Positions 38,401 to 51,128 of a stretch of 64,000 nt of DNA are shown here, in pieces (the stretch's first letter is position 1; every line of letters begins with the position of its first letter). The stretch comes from Isurus oxyrinchus (taxonomy: Eukaryota). The translations under genes and the position numbers were made by a program. The DNA lies in the NCBI GenBank assembly GCA_026770705.1, contig JANJGN010000036.1, positions 1,054,001-1,118,000 of the forward strand. Direction: 5' to 3'. The notes under the pieces were generated by a model, which saw nothing but the letters and a program-made list of their open reading frames with translations, did no database searches and was not told where the DNA came from.

Positions 38401-40189
38401 CTTCAATCTGTGTCCCTCTGGTTACTGACCCTCCTGCCAGTGGAAACCGTTTCTCCATGTTTATCCTGTCGAAAAATCTCATGATTTTGAACACCTCGCT
38501 TAAGTCTCCCCCTCATCCCTTTCTGCTCTATGGAGAACACTACCAGATTCTACAGTCTCTCCACATTTACTGAAGTCCCTCATCCCTGGTCCTATTCTGG
38601 TGAATCTTCTGTACCCTCCCCAAAGCATTTGTCCCTGTTTTCTGCTTATAAATTGCATGCAGTGTGAACTGACCTCAATTTCATTCCAACATCCACTGCC
38701 TAAACAGTGGGGCGGATGTAGATTCGGCATTAACTTTTGGAAGAGAAATCAGATTTTAACTTGAAGAGGAAAATGTGGAAGTGTTGTGTAGAAACGGTAG
38801 ATCCAATGGGATAACGCTTACAAAGAGGTAGCACTGGCACAATGGGCAGAAGTCGCTCTTTGCTCATCTATCGTTCTAGGATTCGACGATGTGACCGAGA
38901 AATATAAGGCAAGTCGGGAAATTGTTTACAAGGGAAAGTCTACACATGGGGCTAAGGTAACACTAACTTATTTTTTATCAAATTTAGAATATATATATTT
39001 ATAGCTTGCTTTACAGTTGCAGCTCCCAACAATAAATCAATTTCTCCAATTGACTCTAAAGTCGCATAAAAGCCTCCATTGAACACATCGCCTGCTCACC
39101 TCCCTCTGACTCTGCTGCTTTGGAGAACGGAAAACTCTTTGTCCAATATTTGCGTGGAGACCCCAATTGAACAATACAGGTACAGAGACCGCCGCTTCTC
39201 CAGGTTTCCCTCGACACCACGACGTGACTTCTGATACTGTAGGTCCCATCCGCCTCCATTGTACCGGGATCGCTCGGCCCCTCAGTGACCACGCCGGAAA
39301 TATTCCAGATAATAACAATCTGGTTGGAAGAAACTCCACTGACCAAACACACTAAGGGGACGGTTTCCCTCAAATGCAGCTCACCCGGCGGGACAAACAC
39401 CAGCACAGCCGTCTTGTTGGTGGAACTGTCTGGACAGAGATTGGGAGATATCTACGATTCGTTTGCTCCAAATGATAATTATGTGCATGATCTCAATTAA
39501 TTTCACTTGCTCTCTTACCTCCAACCAGTAGTCTTGGTCCATTTTGGAGCGGCGCATTGCTATCCCTATGAGCACTGTAATAGGAACCCGAGTCATTCAC
39601 CTGGAGATTGCGAATTTCCAGAATCAATTGAAGTTTGTTGTGGCCTTCTTTGGAAATAAACTTACAATTGGCCCCCTGACAGGACTGGGTGTCGATTAGT
39701 ATCGGGGCTTCATCCACACGTTGTTTGTACCAGAAATAACTAGAGACCAATTCCACTTCGTAAAAGTAACGAGAGGTTAATTCCACCGTCTTTCCGACTT
39801 CAGCTGTCATTATGAAGGGGATCGGAGACAGAGAGAGCTCGGATTCTGTAACAAGATAGATTATTGTTACATCACTATCACTTATTGGGAGATTGTAAGC
39901 AGCCGCTATGAAGGACTTCGCCTGTAATATTAAAGTAGTCACATCATTGCCTTTAATTATTGGTGTTTAGATTAATTCTGCAATTTGAATCCTTCGCTTT
40001 CTCGGAGGGAAGACTAAATAAAATCACAGGATCAGGTAAAATCGCTGTACCTAGCCACTAGGTCGTATTTTCAGCTTAGTAAACATTGATTTTGGCTGAT
40101 TTCGCTTTAACTTTCTCACCCTCCTCTTACTCACCATAAAGCTGCAGCATTTGGAAAATGAATATCAGAGATAAAGATCCCTTCGACAT
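35402..40189 (-). CDS. B2: open-frame non-rearranging V(J)-C1-TM immunoglobulin-superfamily receptor with a terminal LYASL motif, ~342 aa
   Basis: Exons (minus): leader 40189-40135 (MSKGSLSLIFIFQMLQLY), V 39845-39519, C1 39429-39100, TM 38059-37958 (GWCMLALPVIITVLVILVLLLVLISIWIRKSGRS), cytoplasmic 37862-37832, 37601-37549, 37128-37079, terminal 35482-35402 (TQGGPLYASLDLAALEKRSKKKGGRR*). All GT-AG, phases 1,1,1,1,2,1,0, total 1029 nt, no stops. An assembly gap lies in the last intron. Confidence 0.8.
36417..36635. other. Assembly gap (N run)
   Basis: 219 N. Confidence 1.
39100..39429 (-). CDS. B2 exon 3: C1-set Ig domain
   Basis: DSSTNKTAVLVFVPP...VPLVCLVSGVSSNQIVIIWNISG...EADGTYSIRSHVVVSRETWRSGGLCTCIVQ; clearly homologous to the A1 C1 domain. 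Confidence 0.92.
39519..39845 (-). CDS. B2 exon 2: V-set Ig domain with a J-like end, canonical Cys absent
   Basis: AEVGKTVELTS...YFWYKQRVDEAPILI...LILEIRNLQVNDSGSYYSAHRDSNAPLQNGPRLLVG. Confidence 0.88.
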
Positions 40190-40239
40190 CTTGATGCGCT
40201 GAATTCTCCCTATTTTCACACTCAGACGATTGTTTGTGC

Positions 40240-40430
40240 AGGCGGAGTGGCCTCAGACTGACCTGAGCTCAGTCCCAGTGAGTTGCTCCCCTCTTAGATG
40301 CGGTGGAAACTATGACGAGTTATGCTATGGAAAGTATGACACCATTTTGGGTGTGGTGTCGTGGTGAATGTCACATGCGTTTGACTTACTGTGGTCTCCG
40401 CCTGTGCGTCACAGTTGCCAAGTGGCAGCA
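40240..40430 (-). promoter_or_regulatory. Candidate B2 promoter with three RUNX consensus sites and E-boxes
   Basis: TGCGGT 40299-40304, TGTGGT 40352-40357 and 40390-40395; CACATG, CAGTTG, CAAGTG nearby; block conserved upstream of B1 (~13990-14190). Confidence 0.55.
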
Positions 40431-40979
40431 TGTCTGTTAAGAACTTTACTGCGTTTTTGTTTAGAGTGGGTGACAGGATATTACTTGTATAGATGTATGT
40501 TCAATATTGCAGTTAAGGATTAATTGGATTTAACCACCCCCCCATTGTTATTGAGAAGGTGGCGGTGACCCAGTTTTAAAATCCTCCGTCAAATCGCTTC
40601 TCAGTCTTGTCTTTAGAGTAAAGAAACCTAGCCTAATCAGTTATTCCTGTTAGCTATAACTTTTCAGCTCTGGTAGTAGCCTTGTAAATCTGTCTTCCAC
40701 CGCCTGAGTGCATCAATATTGCTTTTGTAAAGTTGAGTCCAGGAATGTGCACATTTTGTCCAAGTGTGGCCTGAATAAGTTTCTATCGACGAACTTGTCT
40801 TCTTTGCTTTTCACTTATGTTCCTCTGCCAATAAGCCCTGTACTGATTTGCATTTTTCCTGTTAAGATCACAGGCAATTGTGTCAAAGAAAACTTCCAAT
40901 ATAATGACTCACAGGGCGAATGAACCATTCGTTTATTCCGCGTCAGAAGCAGCCCAGAACCTGAGGGCAAGATAAGAGC

Positions 40980-41140
40980 AAAATTCTGCGGATGTTGGAA
41001 ATCTGAAATAAAAACAGAAAATGCTGACAAATTTCAGCAGGAAACTCTGAAGAAGAGCCGTAAGAACCCAAAAGTTAAATCTCCTTCTGTCCCAGACTTG
41101 CGGAGTTTTCCTAACATTTTTTATTTTTATTTCAGAACCT
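40980..41140. mobile_element. Short inverted-repeat element, probably Penelope-derived
   Basis: tctgaaataaaaacagaaaatgctg ... aacattttttatttttatttcaga terminal inversion around ctgaagaag...cccaaaagtt (eroded hammerhead-like core). Confidence 0.45.
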
Positions 41141-42439
41141 GCGGCCTTTGTTTCCAGGGTTTCCATTTAGATCCTGAACGGGGATCACACTCCCTCATTC
41201 TGCTGTTGAGTTAGCGGCTTCACTGTAATTATTCCGGGCAGAACCGGCTCACCCAACCCAGCAGCTATAACAGTGGACACGGTTTTTAAAAAGAGCAGCT
41301 TTTCCGAAAGAGCCGCGTTAGGGTTAAAAGGAAACTAATTCTCAGAGGGAAATTCGCAGAAGCCGGACACAGAGATTCTCCGGGAATCTGTAATGAGAAA
41401 ATTCTTTCCGTTAGCGAGACTGAGGGGCAGTGGGTGCAAGGCTTATAAGAACCTGATATAAATAGAAATTTACTTTATCTTTTGCTGAAGGCAAGAGTCC
41501 GCTAAGTTATTTGAAACCGCTCATGGGATGTGAGGGTCGTAAGCTAGAACAGTGTTTATTGCCCATCCCCAATTGCCCCTTGAGAAGATGGTGAGCCACT
41601 TTCTTGAAAAGCTGCACTCCCTGTGGTACAGAGACACCCACAGTGCTCAGGCAGGGTGTTCCAGGATTTTGACCCAGGGACAGTGAAGGAACGGAGATAA
41701 AACTCCGAGTCAGGCTACTGCTTGTCTTGGGGGGTAATTGGAGTTGATGGTGCTCAGACGCCCTCTGTGCCCTTGTCTTTTAGGCGGTGTCAGCCTTGGC
41801 GATTGTTTGCAGCGCTGCCTGTGTATAGATAGTGCAAACTGCAATCTCTCTGAGCCTCTGATGGAGCGAATGCATCGTTTGTGAATAATATTCGGGTTCA
41901 ATTATTTTTTTTTAATACCGAGCATTGCAGAAAAACAGTGACCCAGTGTCAGGTCGATGTGGACACTGTAAATTAGGCGAATGTACACCAGCCTGTTTCC
42001 TGTTCAGCTGAATCTACCCTGGACGACAAAGCCTCTCCTATCTGTGGATTGACCTTGAGTCAAATGCAGGCGATTCTGTATATGAAGTGCCTCAACTGTA
42101 AAAACAGGAAGAAAACCGAGAGCTTCTGGATCAAGTATAATTTTCCATTTCAAGCGAAAAGCGGCCAGAGACTCGGCCAGCGATTTACGTCAATCGATGT
42201 ACTTTTCACAGCCCCCGAATGGGTTGTGAGCGAGCCATCTTTCTGAGACTCGCAGCAAACAGCCGCGGCCACAGCCAATGCGCCTCTTTGCCGCCCGGCC
42301 TCGCTCTCTGCGGCAACGTTTACTTACTCGCTTCTTTGCTATTCAAGGTCAAGCCTTTCTGCAGAACAGTTCAGACACTCAGTGAGGAACAACACTGTCT
42401 GCTCATTTCAGAACCCATTCATTCTACCAGATCAGTGAC

Positions 42440-43015
42440 GTTAAGATGAATGTTTCTCCCAGTTCACATCAAGTTTCCGCCCATCAGTATTCTCCTGAAG
42501 ATTCCTTGGCATGGATCCCTGTGTTGACTTGTAGAGAATGTGCAGCGCTGGTTTGTTACTTTTACTAGATAATTGGCTCAAGTTTGCCATGAGGGAGTCC
42601 CATAAAATAATCATTTGACCCAGCAGCATTTATTAAGTAATTTGTCTCCGTTGGCGTGGGTGCATTTTGATCCTTTACCACAACTGTCACCATTATCTAG
42701 GGCCAACTCTTCGTCCTCATTCGTATTTGGATTCATTAAAGCGGCAGCTCTGGTGATTATTGATGTTTAACAGGGACTGCTCAATAAGCGTGTGCTAATA
42801 TGCTCGCTTTTAAATACTGATTTCAGTTTCTCGTTTCAGAAACCCGAATGAATATATGCCAAAAGGAACAGCGTCAACCATTTTGTCAAATTTATCGCTA
42901 ACAATCTCGCTGTATTCATCACTGTGTCAAACCAGTTCAACCGAAACGCGCATTGCAATTGTATAGATATTATAATATTTTCCAAGTTCTTTTCAGATTG
43001 ATTCTGAGACCCATG
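42440..43015 (+). pseudogene. B3: inverted remnant of a B-type gene (pre-TM intron, TM exon, following introns)
   Basis: ~42652-42752 gtcctcattcgtatttggattcattaaagcggcagctctg|gtga matches the B2 TM exon end gtcctcatttcaatttggattcgtaaaagcggcagatcag|gtga; the flanks match reverse complements of 11780-11970 and 37690-37780. Confidence 0.75.
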
Positions 43016-44959
43016 AACATTTCCCATCTAAATATTTATTTCAAGCGACCAAAGACGAAAAGATCATCAGCAACAAGAGTGGAGTAGGTCCTCGATCCTG
43101 CTCCACCATTGAAGAAGATCTTGGCTAATCTGGTTGTAGCCACAAGTGCACTTTCCTGCACATAACTCAAGACTTCCTTGTCAATCAAAAATCTGCCCAA
43201 CTCAGCCTTAAACATATTGAATGGCGAAGCCTCCAGTGCTCTCTGGGGAAGGGAATTCCAAAAAATCTAACGACCAACCCGAGAGAAGAAGCTCCTCCAC
43301 ATCCCCGTCTTAAAAGGGAAATCACATATTGTGAAACTTTGCCCCTATTTCGAAATACCTCCACGAGTCGAAGAACACTCTCAGCAGCTAACCGATGACA
43401 CCCCCTCAGTATCTTAATTGTTTCAATAAGTTCACCTCTCATTCTTATATTTACAACCAGAATTGCGCGTTTGATATTTTTATCTGTATGTAGTTTGTGT
43501 TTGTAAGGAATATTTCTCCCGGTTAACAGAGGGCATTATGAGTCTATCATGATTATGTTCATTTGCACACCAAGCGGTACTACCGCTCTAATTGGAAACT
43601 CACTGTAACCAACAAAAGAAACTTTCGTTACGGCTTCGGAGGTAATGTTTTCGTCAGATTCGTTAGCCAAGAATGGATTTTGTTCTATTGAAAACGCCGC
43701 TAATAAGAAGGCGGGAGAGAATATATATCTCAAATGGATTCTAGCAGCTTTCCAAGGAGATCCACTGATGTTGAAGGCACTAATTTAACTTTCAGTGTGA
43801 GGCATCGGAAATTCTCAACCAACAACCAAATTATCTTAATTTAGAATGGTTAAGAGAGTAAAAGTTACTCTGGGTGGAGACAGAAGCAATTCCCTCATGC
43901 GGGTTGAGTTTGTGTACGTGTGTGTTGGGTGTGAGGTTGGGATGGGGGTGGAGGTTGCGGTCCTGACCAAGGGGTTATTGCCTTCAAATTATAAGCAGGC
44001 TGCCCAGGGGTGATGTCCGGAAACAATTCGTCCCCAAGAAATGGCTGAAATGGTTTAGTTGTTGTGCGTTACTGAAAACACGTTGACCCTAAGGGCTCAG
44101 GCACGTGATGACATCTGCAATTGTTGGGTAATAGATGATTAACACAGATTGTGTTAAAAAATCTCACCCTCCACAGGCCCCTTCACCGTGAGCTCTGTCC
44201 CTCCAAAGTATACTATCGTAATCACTCTATCTCTCTCTCTCTCTCTCTGTCACACACTCGCAGGCAGGCATTCATCATTCGGAGCCTCACTCATATGCAC
44301 AGGCATGTTCTCATCTATGAGTGAATTACTCACTCTTGCAGTGACACGGGGCATAGTGACCCTCTCTATATGCTTCAAGAATCAGCGTATCTGCTTCTCC
44401 ATGTTAGGTTGTTGCACAAGCGCATGCATTTATGCACTGACCCAGAACCAGTTCAGAAAGGAGAGAAAGGAGTTAAAGCAATCAGTGAAAAACCTGAAGA
44501 GCCTCTTTTGCTTATTATGCCGATTTCATTTAAATAAAATGAACTGAGAAGACATCACGACAGGATGGCGATCACGTGCACCGAGAGAGATGGGCGGGGG
44601 GTGGGGAGGGTTGTGGGTGGGGCCAGAGTTCGACAAAGAGCAGGGACTGCTCTCTGGAACAGGCAAGAGGTGACGCCGGGAGGACCGGAGAGGGAGGAGG
44701 CCTTAAAGAGAGTTAGAGCGGCCACCTGTGGACAGGACGTAAAACTGCACCATCCACCGTCTCTGTGACAGGGTCCGTGCTGAAGAATTTTAAACTCTCA
44801 TGGAATTAGTATTCTCTTGTTGAAATAATGGGCACCCCTTTGGAGGCCTGCTAGCAATTCCGGACTCCTTCAATTGCTGGAAAATCCCATCTTTCTTCAC
44901 TATTAATCTTCCTCGTTATGTGGCCTCACACGTTTGTGTTTATGCAAAAACGCTTTGCT

Positions 44960-45410
44960 TTTAAAAATAAAGACAGACTTGTATTTCTGTACGACATTCC
45001 ACACACTCGCGTCACCCCATGGCGATTTAAGGTTAATTAAGGACGTTTTTGAAAAGCCGTCTCCTTTGAAATATAGGAGCCGCAGCAGCCAATTCGCGCA
45101 CAGTAAGCTCCAACAACCAGCAATGAGATAATGAACAGATTTGATTGAGAGGTAAACATTGGCCCCTGAGCACAGTGGAGGACGTCACCCCCGGATACTC
45201 TTCTTCCAATGGAGGCTGTGGGATCTTTTTAATTTACCTGAGATGGCTGACTGGCCCTCGATTTAACATCTCGTCCAAGAGACAGCACCTCAGACAATGC
45301 CGGTCTCTCTCAGAACTGACAATGGGGGATCAGCCTCTGGACTGGGACATGAAACCCCAAGTTTCTGATGGAGTGGTGAGGGCGCAATGCTCTGAGCCAT
45401 AAGTCACATC
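44960..45410 (-). mobile_element. Deu-domain SINE (SacSINE1-like)
   Basis: agacttgtatttctgtacg...gcagcagccaattcgcgcacag...gggatcttttaatttacctgag...tttaacatctcgtccaagagacagcacctcagacaatgc. Confidence 0.7.
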
Positions 45411-47959
45411 TGCTCTGGAATATGTGGGTCAGGGTTTATCAGTTTAAATTGGTGATAACCCAGAACATTTGGATGCCCCTAAAGTCAATTTCCAGGAGTG
45501 ATGTTGAGTTTGATTGATAGGGAATTCTGGGAAAGTACTGATCAATTTCCTGCTCTTTGTTGAAGGTGAGAAAGAATGAAAATTGAGAGAGTGTATAAGA
45601 GTGGAATGCATCATTCATGCCACATACAAAATATCTTCCAAAGTTAAAATGTCTTAATTTCAAAATATTTATTCATAGGATATGGGCATCGCTGACAAGC
45701 AAGCATTTGTTTCCCATTCCCAGTTCTACTTCAGAAGCCGCTTTCTTGAGCCATGACAACCCCTGTGGTGAAGTTGGTCCACAAATCCATTAGATCAAGA
45801 ATTCCAGGATTTTTACCGATAGACAAAGGAGGGAATATGTGTTGTTGTTGTGCAACTTACAGATCGTGGTGCCCCCTGCTGCCCGTGTCATTTGAGGTGG
45901 TAGAGGTTGCAGGTTTGGAATGTGTTGTCAAAAGGGGTCTTGGCGAGTCGCTCATCTCGTGGATGCTACACACTGCAGTCACTGTGCGTTTTTACTGGTG
46001 AAGTTGAATATTTGAGTTTTTGGATGTGATGTTGCTCAAGCAGACTCGCCCAAGGACAGCCTGGGTGCCAAACCCACATCCTCGAGAAAGATTGAAATAA
46101 GCAACATTGACATAACTGACCATCAGAAAACACACATTTTCCCATCAGAAAACACACATTTTCTGTCTGATGGGCGACAAATTAAATTGAGCTTATTTTA
46201 CACTCTCTGAATGTTCAAATGATCATCAACTTCACTCCTGCAGAGAACTGATCGAAACAATGAATGGCTGGATAACTAACCTCCCGTTAACTGGGTACCA
46301 TATGAAGTGGGGAAATAGGAAGATTTAATCTCCCGTTTGGACTGAGTTAACTGTCCTCAGTGGAGGTCAGAAAATCTAATCAGTTCGTTAGGGGGTTGAA
46401 GTACCTCAGAGAGCCACATAATATTTTGAAAGACATTGAACAACACTGTACTTTATCGCAAAGTGGAATAGCCATGTTATGTACCTCAGATTTTTTTCTT
46501 AATAAAGTTGATGTTTTGGAAAACTAAAGTATTACTCAGTCTACTGCCCTTTGTCGCCCTATGGAACGGTAGTTGGTGTTTACCTCAATGTGCATCCCAT
46601 AGGCCACAGAGCCATGAATCCCGGAAAAGATATTGACAGAACACCCTGCACCACTTACCACAGTTGCTTCACAAAAGCACATTGCAGCAGTTAATCTACC
46701 CTGGTTTCCATTTTATCAGAGAACGATCCTTTTTGTTCATTGCTTTGCTTCCCACATCCTGTGTGATACTTGTAGAGTGTGTAACATTTTCGAGCTCTGA
46801 TCTAGGCTCATTGACCTGAAGCATTAATCAGTGACATTCATGGAAAGGCATGGAGTTAGTGAGTTTCCTGTTAGGCAAAGTATTGTCTTGTAAATATCAG
46901 CAGCAATTATGTATCTAGTGGATAACATAGAGTACTGGAAGACAGTAATTTGGTTTGCTTCTTCTGCAATGTCAGATTTTAAGGGCCGTGTAATGCGCTT
47001 TTATGAATTTTCATGAATGAAGTATGTTTAGGAAAAAATAAAGACTTGTCTGAAAATATCTCAGCCCTGACAAAGCCTCATGTCCCCCGGCTCCCAAAGT
47101 TTGCAAAACGATTTGAAGTTTTACACCGGGTTTTGCTTATGGGTTTTGAGTTCATTGAAACATTGCCAACTTCTCTAAATCCTCGCTGGAGAAACGTACC
47201 AGGTTTACTCCAATTGAAAGGGTCAGTTAATGAAAAACTGGCAGTTTGGCCGCAGCCTGGCCGCTGAAGTTTTGAAATTGCAACGCAAATGCGTTGGGTT
47301 CTTTTGCAAATCCTGTCTCCTCCACAATTCATCAGAGAGAATCCATCCAGATTCTCATCTACCAACCGCCTCCGTTTTTGATCTCTTTTTTAACGCAGCA
47401 GGAAGGCGGAGAGAGGTCTTCCCAGAGACTTGGTAATATATTAAAGATTAATATTAAAGATTGGTAAATCACAGGTCAGATTATCCCTCCAAAACTTATC
47501 AAAGTCGTTCCAGTTTTTTTTTCTCTGTGAGCCCCGTTAAGCAATGCTCACTTCTATCTTCAGGCTGAACATGTGGCTGCGTTGATGTTGCCACCATTTG
47601 ACTTTGATTACATTTAACTCCTCCCTCTTGGTGAATACCTGAAGATTTCCCTCTGCTTGTGCAGTAGCGTCGATCGGCCAGAGGAGGGTGGAATTGTACC
47701 ATTTTCACCACAAGTTCGAATAACAGGTTTTCGGAGTGGATGAATTGGCCCTTATTAATTAATTCAGTCACCCAGAGACAAAAGATCACACTTTGAAACC
47801 ATCCTTGCTTCTTCTGACATCACATTAGATATTTTACTCTCAACGCAAAATAAGTTCCGGAACTGATATTTCACGTTGTTGTCCCTGGAATTATTTCTCT
47901 CCTTACGTGTTTATCTCAGCTTCTTTAGAGCGTTAATGTTGAAAGCAACAGCTGCGCCA

Positions 47960-48164
47960 ATAACACACACACAGCGAAGCACACACACACACGCAGACCA
48001 ACACAGACACATACGCATAGACACAATAACACACACACAAAAATAGCGCCCCCCCCCAAACACACACACAGACATACTCACAGACACAGCGAAACACGTG
48101 CAGACACAGACGCACACAGCGACACAAACAAACACCGACATATACAGACACACACACAGCGATA

Positions 48165-48204
<40 letters not shown>

Positions 48205-48245
48205 CATTCAAACCGCGACAAAAATAGACATGCACACACACAGCG
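47960..48245. repeat. Imperfect (CA)n tract
   Basis: Direct reading. Confidence 0.9.
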
Positions 48246-48380
48246 CAGAGATGCGCATGAACTCTCATAATCTGTGTGTTCTGTTTCCCGATTGTCCAGC
48301 CAATGGGAATTGCTTCTCTGATTCACACTGTTTAGAATCGTACAATGTTTACGGCACGGACAGCGGCCACTCGGCCCACC

Positions 48381-51128
48381 GTGGACGGGACCTATACCAT
48401 CAGGAATTACACTAGCTTCGTGGCAGAAACATGGAGCAGCGGCGCTCTCTGTACTTGCGCCGTTCAAATCAACTCCATTGAATATATTCTCATGAAAGTG
48501 TCTCATCGCAGAGAGGTAGCTATTAAAAGTGACCATTCACCCATCGATTTAATGCTGATTGGAGTCTTTGTCGATGTTGTAAATCAGAATTGCCTGTGTT
48601 TCCGTGTGTGTCCATGGGTCATAATTTTATCATTGACCTATCATAGACCTGTCAATCTTTCAGAGTTTAGCTTTCTGAAACTTTTACTCCATCTGTTCTC
48701 TCTGCCCCGGAGAGCTATCGGATGTTCAGTCACTGAGGAAGATTTTTGTACACAAAGGGATGTGGACAGTTCGGGAATGTAAAGTTGCTTTACAAGATTA
48801 GCTATGGTCTTACTGAACCTGCTTCGAGGGACCGAAGGTTCTCGTGCCCCTTTTTATTGAGTTCCTGTGTCTATGTAGCAATATTGACATGGTTGTATGC
48901 CACTTGATAGTTTGCCAGTTTATAAAATTGAAAGGCGTGGTGACATTCCCAGTGTACCTCTTTGTCTCATCATGCCTCTATACGATTATAGATTCATCTC
49001 TCTATCACTTTGTCATGTACAAAATTCCTGTCGGTCTCACTTGAACAGTGAGGTACAAGATATTTTCTACATCTGTCTGCCTATCTGTTTATCTGTCTCT
49101 CCATCTCCCTCTCTCTGTCTTTCTGGGTCTGTCTTTCTCTTCTCTCTCTCTCTTTCTCTATACATCAATCTATTGCTACCCTAGAACATTTTAATATATT
49201 TGCCCCATCTGTCTGTCTTTCTGAGTCTCTGTCTCTCATCCTCTCTCTGACTTCCTCCCTCTCTCCTGCGACTCTCTTTCTCTGTCTCTGTCTGCCACTC
49301 TCTTTGTGTTAGTCTGTCACTTTCGATCTGCCTCATTCTCTGTCTCCATTGATTTATTTATTGATCTCTGTATATATCTACCTTTCTCTCTCTCTGATTA
49401 ACTTATCTTTTTTACTGTGGTTAAATGGTGCTGTATATGACACCAATTCCATTTATCTATCTACTAATCTCTCTCTCGCTCTCTCCATAACTCTCTTTTT
49501 CTCTCTCTTTCTCTGTCTCCCTCTTCCTCGCAGCCTCTCATTCTTGCTCCCTGCCTCTCTCTGTCTTTGTATCTCGTTCTCTCTTGCCATCCTATTCTCT
49601 CCCATTTAAACAGTTCTGTAAAATCTGTCAGCTCTTTCTATTACAGTACTTTCATCTCACTCTCTCTCTCCATCTATCTGTCTACACAACCCTCTATCCT
49701 GCTCTCTCTGTACCCCAGCTCCCTCTATTTCAATCCAGTTTGAACAATGTGCTCTCTCTCCTTCTTTGTCTGCCTCTTTCTCTCTTCCATTATGTATCTC
49801 TCCAACTAACGATTTCTCTATGTCTTTCATTTACAGTTAATCTGTTTGGTATCATATACCTGTTTTCTCGATCAGTCTCTCCACCTCCCTCTATCTTACT
49901 AGTTATGCAGTGTTTGAACAGTGGTCTCTGCCATCTCATGCTATCCATCTCTCCATCTCTCTCTCACTCTATTTCTCCTTCTTATTTGTTTCTATTTCTA
50001 CTTGTGCCCTGTTTCAACATTGCTCTGTAAGATGTCTGCTCTATTTTAGGTTCATGAAGCATGCAAAAAAAAAGTCTATATCTGTTTTCAGGTGAAATAA
50101 GATATTTAATTGGTAATATTTATCTTATTCAATTAATTCCACAATAATTTTTAAATGGGAATTTTATGTATTTTTGCATATTCTCTGCTCCCGACCACCT
50201 GCAATTTCCCACTTTCCAGGAGTTTTTCAGCGGTGGCGCTTCTCCTTCTGGGGATGATCCTTGTGACCAGGAGAAGCAGCTGCAGGAACCGGCAGACAGG
50301 TAGCCATCGTTGGAGACGCTGTAACTCCGCGGTGCTCTCAATCCATCTATTTATCAATAGGTTATTTACACTTTCAGCCGGTTCACTGTGAAATGTAGCC
50401 ATTTATGCTCCGTTCAATTTCTACTTTCTAACAGGAAGCATGAACATTGATGAGGAACTGACTGATTCCAGAGAACAATGAAGGAATAAAGAGGTAAAAT
50501 ACTGGAAATTCTTGTTGCCACTGCGCGTGAATGCTTCTCACTCATTTTTAATCCAAGGTTTATATTTCATAGCTATTGTTATGTAAGTCTGGAAAATGTT
50601 GCATAGTGAGAACAACAGGATAGCAAAAACAAGTGTTCAATTCCTCGAGTGCAAAAGATTAAGAGGTGATCTAACCGAGGGCTAAAGGATACGATAGCGT
50701 TAATGGAGAGAAACTATTTCCTATGGGGAGGCTGGGCGGATGGAATCCAGAATAAGAGGCAGAAAGTTGACATTAGAACAGCTCGTTCAGGGCTGATATC
50801 AGGAAGCGCTTCTACGCTCAAAACCGAGTGGAAATCTGGAACTCTCTGCCCGGAGAAGCTGTTGAGATTGCCAGATCAATTGGAAATGTCAAAACTGAGA
50901 TTGGTAGATTGTTGTTGCATAAGGGGCTTAAGGATTATGGAACCAGGTTGGGTACATGGGAGTTATGATACAGATACTCCATGATGTAATTGAACAGACT
51001 GGAAGGGCTGAATGACCTCCTCCTATCCCTATGATGGTGGTGTTTGTTGTAGTAAGAGTTTATGTCTTTATTTTCCCCCACAGACACTTTATGCCCACTT
51101 GGCCTTCAGGGAGGATTCCACACTCTGA
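48381..51128 (+). pseudogene. A2: 5'-truncated pseudogene of the A-type receptor
   Basis: C1 3' half 48381-48515 (VDGTYTIRNYTSFVAETWSSGALCTCAVQINS); TM exon 50180-50299 with acceptor AG->AT; cytoplasmic exon 50435-50493 with premature TGA; terminal exon 51084-51128 TLYAHLAFREDSTL*. V and 5' C1 missing; a LINE-tail fragment abuts the break. Confidence 0.9.

Noticed and set aside
16276-40189. Calling A1/B2 TCR, IgL, NITR, CD8 or SIRP with a gene symbol
   Set aside because: No RSS, no charged TM residue or TCR TM motif, a TM and tail unlike IgL, and a single V plus C1 unlike NITR/CD8/SIRP; orthology needs a search that I cannot run.
47078-47365. Minus ORF ending C...NFGSRGT, resembling a V-J end
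   Set aside because: No WYxQ, no DxxxYYC, no valid splice sites.
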